Source: a virus. Taken from it: a stretch of DNA of 13,782 bases. Of the stretch, positions 1-7,234 are shown piece by piece (the first letter of the stretch is position 1; each line of letters opens with the position of its first letter). The position numbers were made by a program, and so were the translations under genes. The notes under the pieces are model-generated. The model did not search any database and was not told where the DNA came from. It worked only from the letters and a program-made list of their open reading frames with translations. Location of the stretch: the UHGV virus genome UHGV-0081265; one strand, given 5' to 3'.

Positions 1-53
1 TCATCGGGCATTATCTGAACATAAAACACTATCAATAAGTTGGAGTCATTACC
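1..53 (-). mobile_element. IS1 terminal fragment (left-end inverted repeat); body of the element lies outside the window to the left
   Basis: Bases 1-53 are the exact reverse complement of bases 13730-13782. The sequence GGTAATGACTCCAACTTATTGATAGTGTTTTATGTTCAGATAATGCCCGATGA matches the IS1 left end as I recall it. Confidence 0.85.
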
Positions 54-721
54 GCTGTCATGCTAATAATAAAAAGAGCAACTGACACAGCAAAAAGGGA
101 TAAGCCTGATACTAAACGATTAAAATTAAATTTCCTTTTAATAACTAATGAACTAGCTAAATTGACCATGTTATAGGGGACCATAATTATAAGTCCTATT
201 AATATTATTTTTTCAGGAAGATTGTTCACCTGTATATGATGTTGAGCCAAGCTTCCAATATATACTGAAATCATAGAGGATATTACTATTTTTGCTGGGG
301 ATACATCTCGCAAAAATATGTATATATAGACTGTAATTGCACAAATCATTGCCCCTATTGGAAATGAGAGCATGAAAGCATAAGCTAATGTCGAGTAATT
401 AAGGTTTTCTGGGACTATACCATAAGCTATGTCAAGCTTAAACTTTGCGATCCATAAGCATACGGAATATGTAAAGCCAGTTACGCCCCATTTAACTACT
501 GCATTATTAAATACTTTATTTAATAAATCACGATATCCTATGTATACACTGGTTAATAAAGCTATAGATGATAGGAAAATTGGAGCGGCAATGTATATAT
601 TTTCTAGCCATAATGGGTTTTCTACAATCAAGTATCCAAAAGGTATTAAGTATATTATAGCCAATAGTTGAGGGTTGTTTAATTTTGGTGATGCATCAAC
701 TAACTTATTTTTATAATCCAT
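32..721 (-). CDS. polytopic membrane protein (at least 7-8 predicted TM helices), C-terminally truncated/altered by the IS1 insertion; function unknown
   Basis: 229-aa minus-strand ORF with many hydrophobic helices (e.g. LLAIIYLIPFGYLIV, IILIGLIIMVPYNMVNLASSLVI, LVSGLSLFAVSVALFIISMTAV). Very AT-rich. The last ~7 codons and the stop lie inside the IS1 end (positions 32-53), so the native 3' end is missing. It starts 10 bp after the upstream integrase stop. Confidence 0.55.
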   Translation of the reverse strand: MDYKNKLVDASPKLNNPQLLAIIYLIPFGYLIVENPLWLENIYIAAPIFLSSIALLTSVYIGYRDLLNKVFNNAVVKWGVTGFTYSVCLWIAKFKLDIAYGIVPENLNYSTLAYAFMLSFPIGAMICAITVYIYIFLRDVSPAKIVISSMISVYIGSLAQHHIQVNNLPEKIILIGLIIMVPYNMVNLASSLVIKRKFNFNRLVSGLSLFAVSVALFIISMTAVMTPTY

Positions 722-730
722 ACAACGTCC

Positions 731-1834
731 TTATTTCAACTTTAACGCCAAATCTTCAGCTTTTGGATGATAATACCGCATTAGCATTCTTGGATCTTTA
801 TGTCCTGTAATTTTGGTTAGTTCATGCATAGGGAAAATTTCAGCAAGTCGAGAAGTTGCTTCATGTCGAAGGTCATGAAATCTTAAATCTTTAAGGAAAG
901 ATTCATCACATAATGAGTTTGTTTTCTCGTATCGTTCTCTGGCTCGTTTTACAGCTCGGTCAAAAGCTCGGGTAATCGCGTCTGCACGCATATCAAAAAC
1001 CTTATCAGCAGCTGGCTTAGAATGTTCCTTGAGACTGGACAGTATCGTAATGGCTTTCGTTGATAAAGGGACATCGCGGGCATTACCATTCTTAGTATCC
1101 GGCAGATGTGCAACTCGCCGATCAAGATCGATAAAGCGCCATCGAAGCTCTGCGATTTCGCTACGGCGCATGGCTGTCTCTAACGCCAGAAGAATGATTG
1201 CTGGCAATACTAATGAATGTGTTGCGGCGATGATATGTTCGATCTCGTTGGCTATTTGCTTTCCTGACGTAACACCGGTTTTCTCAGAAACTACAGGCAG
1301 CGCTTCCAGGCGTCTGGTCCTGGAGTTCTTGGGTTGGGGTTTGCGAATGGCCTCTACGGGGTTCAGCAGGCTCTCCATGCCCCATTCTTTCCGCGAAACA
1401 TTGAATACATGAGAAAGTAAGGCCAAACGCCTTAAAACGGTTGCAGGAGCATAGATTTTCAACCATTCATCTCTCAGCTTGGCGACATCGGCACTCCTGA
1501 TGCTGGCCATATAGTTTTTCGCCAGCTGAGTGCCTTTTAGTATCCGCACCAATGATCGGTCTTGCACTGCCCCTTTTTTGTCGGGAACAATCTCTTTTTC
1601 ATATCGCGTTAGGGCTTCATACAATGTCGTAGATTCCGCTTCGCTGCGGCTAAGCCAAACTCCTCTCGCCATTTCTGACTCGATCATTTTGGCCCAAGCT
1701 TCTGCTTCTACTTTGGTGTTAAAGGTTTTGGTTTGAGAGGGAAAACCACGTTTACGGATTTGAGCTTCCCATTGGTAGTTACCACGTTTGCGTATAGTCG
1801 CCATTTCTGTCTGATTCCTAACGAACTGTGGCAA
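731..1834 (-). CDS. int: tyrosine-type site-specific recombinase / phage integrase
   Basis: 367-aa ORF with the catalytic signature of tyrosine recombinases: Arg in ETAMRRSEIAELRW, His-x-x-Arg in FHDLRHEATSRL, Tyr in MLMRYYHPK. Its start lies ~58 bp from the tRNA-Thr fragment. Confidence 0.85.
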   Translation of the reverse strand: MPQFVRNQTEMATIRKRGNYQWEAQIRKRGFPSQTKTFNTKVEAEAWAKMIESEMARGVWLSRSEAESTTLYEALTRYEKEIVPDKKGAVQDRSLVRILKGTQLAKNYMASIRSADVAKLRDEWLKIYAPATVLRRLALLSHVFNVSRKEWGMESLLNPVEAIRKPQPKNSRTRRLEALPVVSEKTGVTSGKQIANEIEHIIAATHSLVLPAIILLALETAMRRSEIAELRWRFIDLDRRVAHLPDTKNGNARDVPLSTKAITILSSLKEHSKPAADKVFDMRADAITRAFDRAVKRARERYEKTNSLCDESFLKDLRFHDLRHEATSRLAEIFPMHELTKITGHKDPRMLMRYYHPKAEDLALKLK

Positions 1835-1892
1835 TATTGTGGCAAAAAATCCATTTAAATTCGATAGGTATTGATTTTACAAGATCAATTTA

Positions 1893-1941
1893 CGCATTCG
1901 TAATGCGAAGGTCGTAGGTTCGACTCCTATTATCGGCACCA
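1893..1941 (+). other. partial tRNA-Thr (thrW-like) 3' segment, 49 nt, ending in CCA; attachment-site remnant, not a complete tRNA gene
   Basis: CGCATTCGTAATGCGAAGGTCGTAGGTTCGACTCCTATTATCGGCACCA matches the anticodon-loop-to-CCA portion of E. coli tRNA-Thr(CGU) as I recall it. The upstream sequence does not continue into the D-arm or acceptor stem. Confidence 0.7.
1925..1941 (+). repeat. 17-bp att core direct repeat, left copy (TCCTATTATCGGCACCA)
   Basis: Identical 17-mer occurs again at 13351-13367. Together they bracket an ~11.4 kb gene set that begins with an integrase. Confidence 0.75.
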
Positions 1942-2053
1942 TCTCTTAGTATTTCCAAGTCATCTCAAATCAACAAAACCCTTTAAAAACATAGATATTA
2001 CGCGATTTTTCGTCATTTGACGTCAACCCCTATCTCTTGAAATCAACATACAA

Positions 2054-2106
2054 TTGGGGGCACAATCGGGGGCATGTTCTGTTCGGTCTAGGAAATGTGC
2101 CCCCAA
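2054..2106. promoter_or_regulatory. GGGGGCA repeat cluster with an 11-bp inverted repeat (TTGGGGGCACA / TGTGCCCCCAA) ending at the integrase start codon; candidate Int arm-type sites and/or start-sequestering hairpin
   Basis: Direct GGGGGCA copies at 2056-2062 and 2068-2074, inverted copy at 2096-2106 abutting the ATG at 2106. Similar GGGGGCAT motifs sit on the other side of the att core at 13269-13292. Confidence 0.4.
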
Positions 2107-3287
2107 TGATGCTGAATGCCCGCAAGGTTGAAGCCGCTAAAGGAAAAGAGAAGAGCTATAAGCTATCTGATGGAGGTGGCCTGTACCTTCAGGTTGAACC
2201 TAATGGCTCGCGTTACTGGCGTATGAAGTATCGTTTTGCTGGTAAAGAGAAGCGCTTGTCCTTTGGTGTCTATCCAACAGTCACCCTCGCAGATGCCAGA
2301 CAAAAACGCGAAGACGCAAAGAAACTACTCGCAGCAGGTGAAGATCCTGGCGAAGTGAAAAAAGCAAAGAAGCATGCTTTAAACGCAGCGACCGAGACAC
2401 TTAACCCATTCAGAGAAGTGGCGTTAGAGTGGCACAAAATGAAATCTCCCAAATGGTCTGAGGGCTATGCTTCAGACATCATTGAGGCGTTTGAGAAAGA
2501 CATTTTCCCGCATATTGGACACAGACCTATAGCCGATATTCAGCCCCTAGAACTACTTGAAGTACTGAGGTTGATAGAAGCACGAGGCGCTATGGAGAAA
2601 GCGAAGAAAGTCCGTCAGCGATGCGGTGAAGTTTTCCGCTATGCCATCGTAACGGGTAGAGCAATCTACAATCCTGCACCGGATCTTGCCAGTGCGATGC
2701 AAGGACATGAAGCAGTCCACTATCCATTCCTCAAAGCCAACGAGCTGCCGGAGTTCTTTACTGCCCTTAACGCTTATTCAGGAAGCCCAATTGTATTGCT
2801 GGGGGCACATTTACTTATCCTGACGGGTCTAAGAACAGGAGAGCTAAGAGCAGGTGAGTGGCGTGAGGTGGATTTTGATAATGCGGTGTGGGAGATTCCC
2901 AAAGAACGTATGAAAATGCGACGTGCTCATATTGTGCCGCTTTCAAATCAAGCATTAGTCCATCTTGAAACCTTAAAAGAACTGACTGGAAACTATCCTT
3001 TGATGTTTCCTGGGCGTAACGATCCAAGTAAGTGCATGAGTGAGGCCAGTATTAATCAGGTCTTTAAGCGTATTGGATATGCTGGCCGTGTTACTGGCCA
3101 TGGCTTCAGACACACAATGAGCACTATTTTGCATGAAAAAGGCTTCAATAGTGCATGGATTGAAACCCAGCTTGCACATTTGGATAAAAATGCTATTCGG
3201 GGGATATACAATCATGCTCAGTATCTTGAGGGGCGTCGGGAAATGATGCAATGGTACAGTGATTTTATTGGTGGAACGGAGTCTTGA
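2106..3287 (+). CDS. int: P4-family tyrosine integrase (start moved to the internal ATG at 2106; the ORF-track start at 2037 is a TTG)
   Basis: N-terminal arm-binding-type region (KLSDGGGLYLQVEPNGSRYWRMKYRFAGKEKRLSFGVYPTVTLADARQKRED) typical of P4-like integrases. Catalytic Arg (LTGLRTGELR), His-x-x-Arg (GHGFRHT) and Tyr (IRGIYNHAQY). Lies directly downstream of the tRNA 3' fragment in the same orientation. Confidence 0.9.
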   Translation: MMLNARKVEAAKGKEKSYKLSDGGGLYLQVEPNGSRYWRMKYRFAGKEKRLSFGVYPTVTLADARQKREDAKKLLAAGEDPGEVKKAKKHALNAATETLNPFREVALEWHKMKSPKWSEGYASDIIEAFEKDIFPHIGHRPIADIQPLELLEVLRLIEARGAMEKAKKVRQRCGEVFRYAIVTGRAIYNPAPDLASAMQGHEAVHYPFLKANELPEFFTALNAYSGSPIVLLGAHLLILTGLRTGELRAGEWREVDFDNAVWEIPKERMKMRRAHIVPLSNQALVHLETLKELTGNYPLMFPGRNDPSKCMSEASINQVFKRIGYAGRVTGHGFRHTMSTILHEKGFNSAWIETQLAHLDKNAIRGIYNHAQYLEGRREMMQWYSDFIGGTES

Positions 3288-3290
3288 GTA

Positions 3291-4079
3291 ATGGCAAATA
3301 ATACTCTCAAGCTTCATCGAACTCATTATAGCATTAGTGAGACCGCTAAAATATTGGGCTGCGATGAGCAAGATGTTATTTATATTGCGGATGAAAAAGA
3401 CATTCCATTGTCGCTAAGAATGTGTGGGCGATGGTCTTTTTCAAAGCATAAAGTAAGAGATGTGGACTCCTTTATTCAGAATATAAACTCTTTGAAAAAA
3501 GACAAAGATGGTTTCAGTTATATATCTGAGTTTAGTTTGATTAAGATTAATGAAGTTAAAAAAGATAAAAAACTAGTGCTGGCGAGTACAAAAGGCTATT
3601 TCCAAATGCCACCAAAGGTTAAAAGTGATTTCGTTTTTTATGAAGGGCAGTTCCCGGAGTACCCATCATTGTTATCTCCTGCTGGTACCACCTATTCTGA
3701 AATGGTCAAATATATTCAAATTGACTGGAAAAATGATGATGGGTTTGGATATGAGGGAGATGCGTACCTGGAGCGGGAAGATGTAAAGAAATTGCATCTA
3801 ATATTAAATGATGATGTTTCTAATGATAAATATAAATCGTTATCAATTGCACAGCAAGAAAGACATGCTACCAAGAGAAATGAGATTCTAAGTGTAGCAT
3901 TATATCTTTATAAAGAGGATATGGCATACCGAAAGGAAAATGCAGCAGCCCTTGCTGACCTTATCTTTAGTCGGGCTGAGGAATTTTGGCCTGATAAAAA
4001 AGAGCCTCCGCTATCACACCCAATTATTAGCAAACTAATATCATCTATATTCAAGAAACCATCATTTACAAAAAATTAA
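3291..4079 (+). CDS. hypothetical protein: N-terminal excisionase/AlpA-type HTH plus ~190-aa domain of unknown function; AT-rich
   Basis: ATG 4 bp after the int stop with RBS GGAACGGAG. Residues ~14-60 (ISETAKILGCDEQDVIYIADEKDIPLSLRMCGRWSFSKHKVRD) resemble the Xis/AlpA helix-turn-helix. Markedly lower GC than the flanking int gene. Followed by a strong terminator. Confidence 0.7.
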   Translation: MANNTLKLHRTHYSISETAKILGCDEQDVIYIADEKDIPLSLRMCGRWSFSKHKVRDVDSFIQNINSLKKDKDGFSYISEFSLIKINEVKKDKKLVLASTKGYFQMPPKVKSDFVFYEGQFPEYPSLLSPAGTTYSEMVKYIQIDWKNDDGFGYEGDAYLEREDVKKLHLILNDDVSNDKYKSLSIAQQERHATKRNEILSVALYLYKEDMAYRKENAAALADLIFSRAEEFWPDKKEPPLSHPIISKLISSIFKKPSFTKN

Positions 4080-4086
4080 CAATTTT

Positions 4087-4121
4087 GGCGAGTAAGGAGA
4101 TTTTTCTTACTCGCCTTTTTT
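4087..4121 (+). terminator. rho-independent terminator ending the int-orf262 transcription unit
   Basis: 10-bp perfect stem GGCGAGTAAG / CTTACTCGCC, 9-nt loop, followed by TTTTTT. Confidence 0.8.
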
Positions 4122-4186
4122 ATATTTTTGAACGATGTTTTAATCCTCTTCGTTGATATAGATTGATACATAGAGAGGAACTCATT

Positions 4187-4387
4187 ATGGGGTTTACTGA
4201 TAATCGTCCTTCTGCTGACTCGCTCATTGATATGAAATTCATTACATCTGATTGTCTTTTTACTGATAAATGGATTTATAAACTGATTTCTCTGGGACGT
4301 TTTCCTAAACCAATCAAGTTAGGTCGTATGTCCCGATGGCGTGCTGGTGACTACTATGCTTGGCGTGATAGTCATTCTTCAGAGTAA
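4187..4387 (+). CDS. alpA: AlpA/Vis-family phage transcriptional regulator / excisionase-like DNA-binding protein
   Basis: Sequence FITSDCLFTDKWIYKLISLGRFPKPIKLGRMSRWRAGDYYAW is the classic AlpA-family HTH motif. Start placed at ATG 4187, 6 nt after RBS AGAGAGGA; the ORF-track start at 4163 is a TTG. Confidence 0.8.
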   Translation: MGFTDNRPSADSLIDMKFITSDCLFTDKWIYKLISLGRFPKPIKLGRMSRWRAGDYYAWRDSHSSE

Positions 4388-4423
4388 AAACATTAGTATT
4401 AGAAGCATTTATGAGGAGTTTAT

Positions 4424-5296
4424 ATGAATTACCGTCTACAACCAGCGGGGAGTCAATACATATCCCTTCCAATTAAGAATGAATATGTTTCCGTGTTAGG
4501 AAACTATAAAGTAAGTCCGTTTAAAGAAACTCATAGCGACACTGCATGTATTGTGCGAATTATTGAAATATTTTCATTGAATAAGCTGCGCGCTAAAGGT
4601 GAAAAGCTGTATTCACTTACGGGGTTAACAGTACCTGATACGGAAGCTGTGGCGAATGAGATCAACCTGCTCCTGAGCCGTTATGCCCAGTTGTGTCGTC
4701 AGGAAGAGGAAGAGTTATCTTTCCGGCAGCGTGAAGTGACAAATGCGGAAGTTGCATGGAAAAGCACATTCTCAAAAAACGGCGTCAGTAGCATTGCTGA
4801 AGCCAAAACGAATAAAACGGGGCATGCTGAACGAGCGGATGCTGAACGGTGTTACCATCTGGCTGTTTCTCGGCTGAATGAGCAACATAGCCGACTGAGC
4901 ACAATCAAGCTTTTACCGGGCGTACTGGTCGATGAAGTTAACTACATTGGTAAGGGAGTTGAGAAGCGTTTACTGAGCATATTTCCTCAATCCGGCCAGA
5001 TCCCTGCTGATTTTATTTCTGTGTTTAATGACAGTGACGTTGTTCGTGATATTAAATTTATTACAGATGCACTCAAATCTTTGTCTGATTCTGTGAATGA
5101 AATTATTAGCCGTTGTAGCGTTCCAACTGATCGTTATGTATTAAATAACGGTGGAATGGCAAGAGCTATGGCTTACAGGGAGTACTATCGAGCAGATAAT
5201 TATGTATTACGTTCAGTCGTTAGTGACCGGGATTATGTTGAGCATGTAATGAAATACAATCGGGTTACTGAGTACAAAAATAAAATCTTTTCTTAA
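4424..5296 (+). CDS. hypothetical protein, 290 aa; possible head-morphogenesis partner of the downstream capsid homolog
   Basis: Good RBS (GAGGAG) before ATG 4424. Sits immediately upstream of the GpN-like gene (23-bp gap). No family recognised by eye. The capsid-related role is inferred from position only. Confidence 0.6.
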   Translation: MNYRLQPAGSQYISLPIKNEYVSVLGNYKVSPFKETHSDTACIVRIIEIFSLNKLRAKGEKLYSLTGLTVPDTEAVANEINLLLSRYAQLCRQEEEELSFRQREVTNAEVAWKSTFSKNGVSSIAEAKTNKTGHAERADAERCYHLAVSRLNEQHSRLSTIKLLPGVLVDEVNYIGKGVEKRLLSIFPQSGQIPADFISVFNDSDVVRDIKFITDALKSLSDSVNEIISRCSVPTDRYVLNNGGMARAMAYREYYRADNYVLRSVVSDRDYVEHVMKYNRVTEYKNKIFS

Positions 5297-5318
5297 ATAC
5301 TAAAAAAGGTGAAAAACT

Positions 5319-6323
5319 ATGTATGCCTTCAAAACTGAAAGGCCGGACGCAGCACGTCGTTATCATAATAAATTCGTCACTGGTACTAACTATCAGGAGG
5401 AATCAAACAGACGCTTTGCATTAAGCGAACCCACTGAAAATATACTGCGTACCTCAATTCTGGAATCCGGGTGGCTTATTAAAAATATCACCCTACGTGA
5501 TGTTAACGCCGTGTCAGGTAATGCCGTCAATATTGGTGCCAGTGAACTGCATACCGGACGTGTGGATGGTGGCCGTTTCCACAAAAAAATGGCAATCAAT
5601 GGTACGGAGTTCTTTCTGACAGAGACGGATACCTGCGCCCGGATCAGCTATTCCGATATGTCTCATATTTACCATACCGGCGTGCCGGATGAGTTTGAGA
5701 AAACGGTTGAGAGCTTTTTTTCCCAGGCATATGCGCTGGACATGCTGCGGGTCGGTTTCAACGGTGTGTCGATTGCAAATACTACAAACCCGGAAATCAA
5801 TAAAAAAGGCGAGGATGTCAATATTGGCTGGCATGCACTGGCGAAAGCTTACGGGAACGGGAAGCAAATCATTTCTGAGCCTGTCACGCTGGGAGAGTCT
5901 GGCACCTGGAAAAACATTGATGCTCTGGCCAACCATCTGATTACTGAGCTTATTGCTGAGCAGTTTCGTGAAGATCCCCGTCTGGTTGTACTGGTTGGGG
6001 CAGAGCTGGCAGCACATCAACGCCTGAAGTTATTTAATGCCGCAGACCGCCCGGCTGATGTGAATGCGGCACAGATGGCGACAAGTTCTGTTGCTGGCCG
6101 CTTTGCGTTTATTCCCCCGTTTATGCCGGGTAAGCGTCTGGTAGTAACGACGCTGGATAATTTGCATATTTACACTCAGGCGATAACACGGTGGTTTCGT
6201 GCTGAGTTTGATGATGAAAACAGTGAATACGTACATTCCTACCTGCGTAATGAAGGCTATGCACTCGGTGAACCTGAACTGTACGCGGCTGTCGATGAGA
6301 GCGCCCTGACGTTTGCTGATTGA
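5319..6323 (+). CDS. P2 GpN-family major capsid protein homolog (HK97-fold capsid protein)
   Basis: 334 aa with RBS AAGGTGA. Several blocks align to P2 GpN as I recall it: ALDMLRVGFNGV vs SLDFIMAGFNGV; DALANHLITELIAEQFREDPRLVVLVGAELAA vs DALVMDATNNLIEPWYQEDPDLVVIVGRQLLA; TTLDNLHIYT vs TKLENLSIYY. Similar length to GpN (357 aa). Confidence 0.7.
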   Translation: MYAFKTERPDAARRYHNKFVTGTNYQEESNRRFALSEPTENILRTSILESGWLIKNITLRDVNAVSGNAVNIGASELHTGRVDGGRFHKKMAINGTEFFLTETDTCARISYSDMSHIYHTGVPDEFEKTVESFFSQAYALDMLRVGFNGVSIANTTNPEINKKGEDVNIGWHALAKAYGNGKQIISEPVTLGESGTWKNIDALANHLITELIAEQFREDPRLVVLVGAELAAHQRLKLFNAADRPADVNAAQMATSSVAGRFAFIPPFMPGKRLVVTTLDNLHIYTQAITRWFRAEFDDENSEYVHSYLRNEGYALGEPELYAAVDESALTFAD

Positions 6324-6336
6324 CTTAGCGACAGAA

Positions 6337-6363
6337 AGACCCGCTCAGAGGCGGGTCTCGTTT
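6337..6363 (+). terminator. putative rho-independent terminator after the capsid-homolog gene
   Basis: 8-bp stem AGACCCGC / GCGGGTCT with 6-nt loop, followed by a short T-tract (CGTTTA). Confidence 0.55.
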
Positions 6364-6520
6364 ACAGCATCAGGAAAAATGAAGAACTATTTTTAAGCAG
6401 AGGCTTAAGCATGCCAGCGTTAATTAATCCAGGCAATCATCAGTTTTCGGTTATAAATTTCTTGCCTCACAAGGAATACGCGGGATATAGTTCAAAGGTT
6501 GCCGCAAAATCGGCAGCCGG

Positions 6521-6786
6521 GCGTAGGAACCCGTGTAATCTAACGGCGACACAACACGCGCCAGGCGTGTTTTTTTGTGTCGTAGCTTTGACTCACCTTC
6601 GTTTTATGGTGTGGTGGCTGACTGCATGTTTTTATTTTTTACGCCACATCATCAGAATTATGGTAGTCCAGGCGGGGCAGCTTTCGGGCTGGCCGGTATC
6701 CGTTAGAGCCGGTATTCCTACCCCCGTCTGGGCTACCACCCATGAGCGTAGGAACTCCGGTGGTAGCGTTACCCGCTATCTAACGG
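6521..6786 (+). ncRNA. P4-type RNA immunity region: two direct repeats (seqA-like 6521-6546, seqC-like 6746-6786) flanking a complementary seqB-like element (6700-6721); candidate CI-RNA-like immunity RNA
   Basis: GCGTAGGAAC...ATCTAACGG occurs twice. Between them, CCGTTAGAGCCGGTATTCCTAC is the reverse complement of both sub-blocks (GTAGGAA and TCTAACGG). An internal terminator (6554-6576) and a 9-bp stem (GCTACCACC / GGTGGTAGC, 6731-6767) are present. Position upstream of the small-ORF/primase operon matches P4 organisation. Confidence 0.45.
6554..6576 (+). terminator. rho-independent terminator inside the immunity region
   Basis: Stem ACACGC / GCGTGT with 5-nt loop, followed by TTTTTT. Confidence 0.7.
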
Positions 6787-6797
6787 AGGTTGCCATT

Positions 6798-7001
6798 ATG
6801 GCTACAGTCCCTGCTTTATCTCACCCTGAATTTACCTTTGTTTTTCTGGCTGTCCGCCGTACAGACCGTGATGCCTGTCCACGTCCTGTGCGTGTAATCG
6901 CAGACTGCGAGCATGCTGCACGACTCAAACTTGCCACTGAATTTATCCTGAGCTTTGCTGCCCGTATCCCTGTGAAAAGCGCCGGGGAGGTGGTTGCATG
7001 A
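6798..7001 (+). CDS. small hypothetical protein (~67 aa), first gene of the replication operon
   Basis: ATG 6798 preceded by GGAGG. This is the C-terminal in-frame part of the 196-aa ORF-track entry, whose upstream part overlaps the terminator and repeats and is probably not translated. Stop overlaps the next start (ATGA). Confidence 0.5.
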   Translation: MATVPALSHPEFTFVFLAVRRTDRDACPRPVRVIADCEHAARLKLATEFILSFAARIPVKSAGEVVA

Positions 7002-7234
7002 AATCCATGAATTTTAAGCAAGGCTGCATATTGAGCGAACTAGGTGAGAGTCGTCTGTTACGGGCGGCACTGGCCAGTGAGTTTCTTGCAGAGGTCCTGT
7101 CCGTTCCCACAGTGAATGGAGCGAGAACTGTTTCAGCGGAAGGCGCTGCGGCTTTAGTGGCCTGTATTGCCGAACAACTGGATGGCGTTGTTAAGGAAAC
7201 CAGCACAATTAAGGGAGTGATGCGCGATGAATAA
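6998..7234 (+). CDS. small hypothetical protein (78 aa), translationally coupled
   Basis: ATG overlaps the upstream stop (ATGA), RBS GGGGAGG. Position is analogous to the epsilon/derepression genes of P4-like elements; no motif recognised. Confidence 0.55.
   Translation: MKSMNFKQGCILSELGESRLLRAALASEFLAEVLSVPTVNGARTVSAEGAAALVACIAEQLDGVVKETSTIKGVMRDE

Noticed and set aside
429-671. 80-aa plus-strand ORF inside the membrane-protein gene
   Set aside because: Entirely overlaps the longer minus-strand membrane-protein ORF in AT-rich sequence; no independent support.
1029-1736. Plus-strand ORFs (127 aa, 68 aa) within the left integrase gene
   Set aside because: Antisense to a recombinase with intact catalytic motifs; Arg/Ser-rich translations typical of GC-rich reverse frames.
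1893-1941. Intact tRNA-Thr gene
   Set aside because: Only the 3' 49 nt are present; the upstream sequence does not form the D-arm or acceptor stem. It is an att remnant, not a functional tRNA.
6411-7001. 196-aa plus-strand ORF spanning the immunity region
   Set aside because: Its first ~129 codons run through a rho-independent terminator and the repeat/complement blocks, with no RBS at 6411. Only the C-terminal part from the RBS-preceded ATG at 6798 is plausibly translated.
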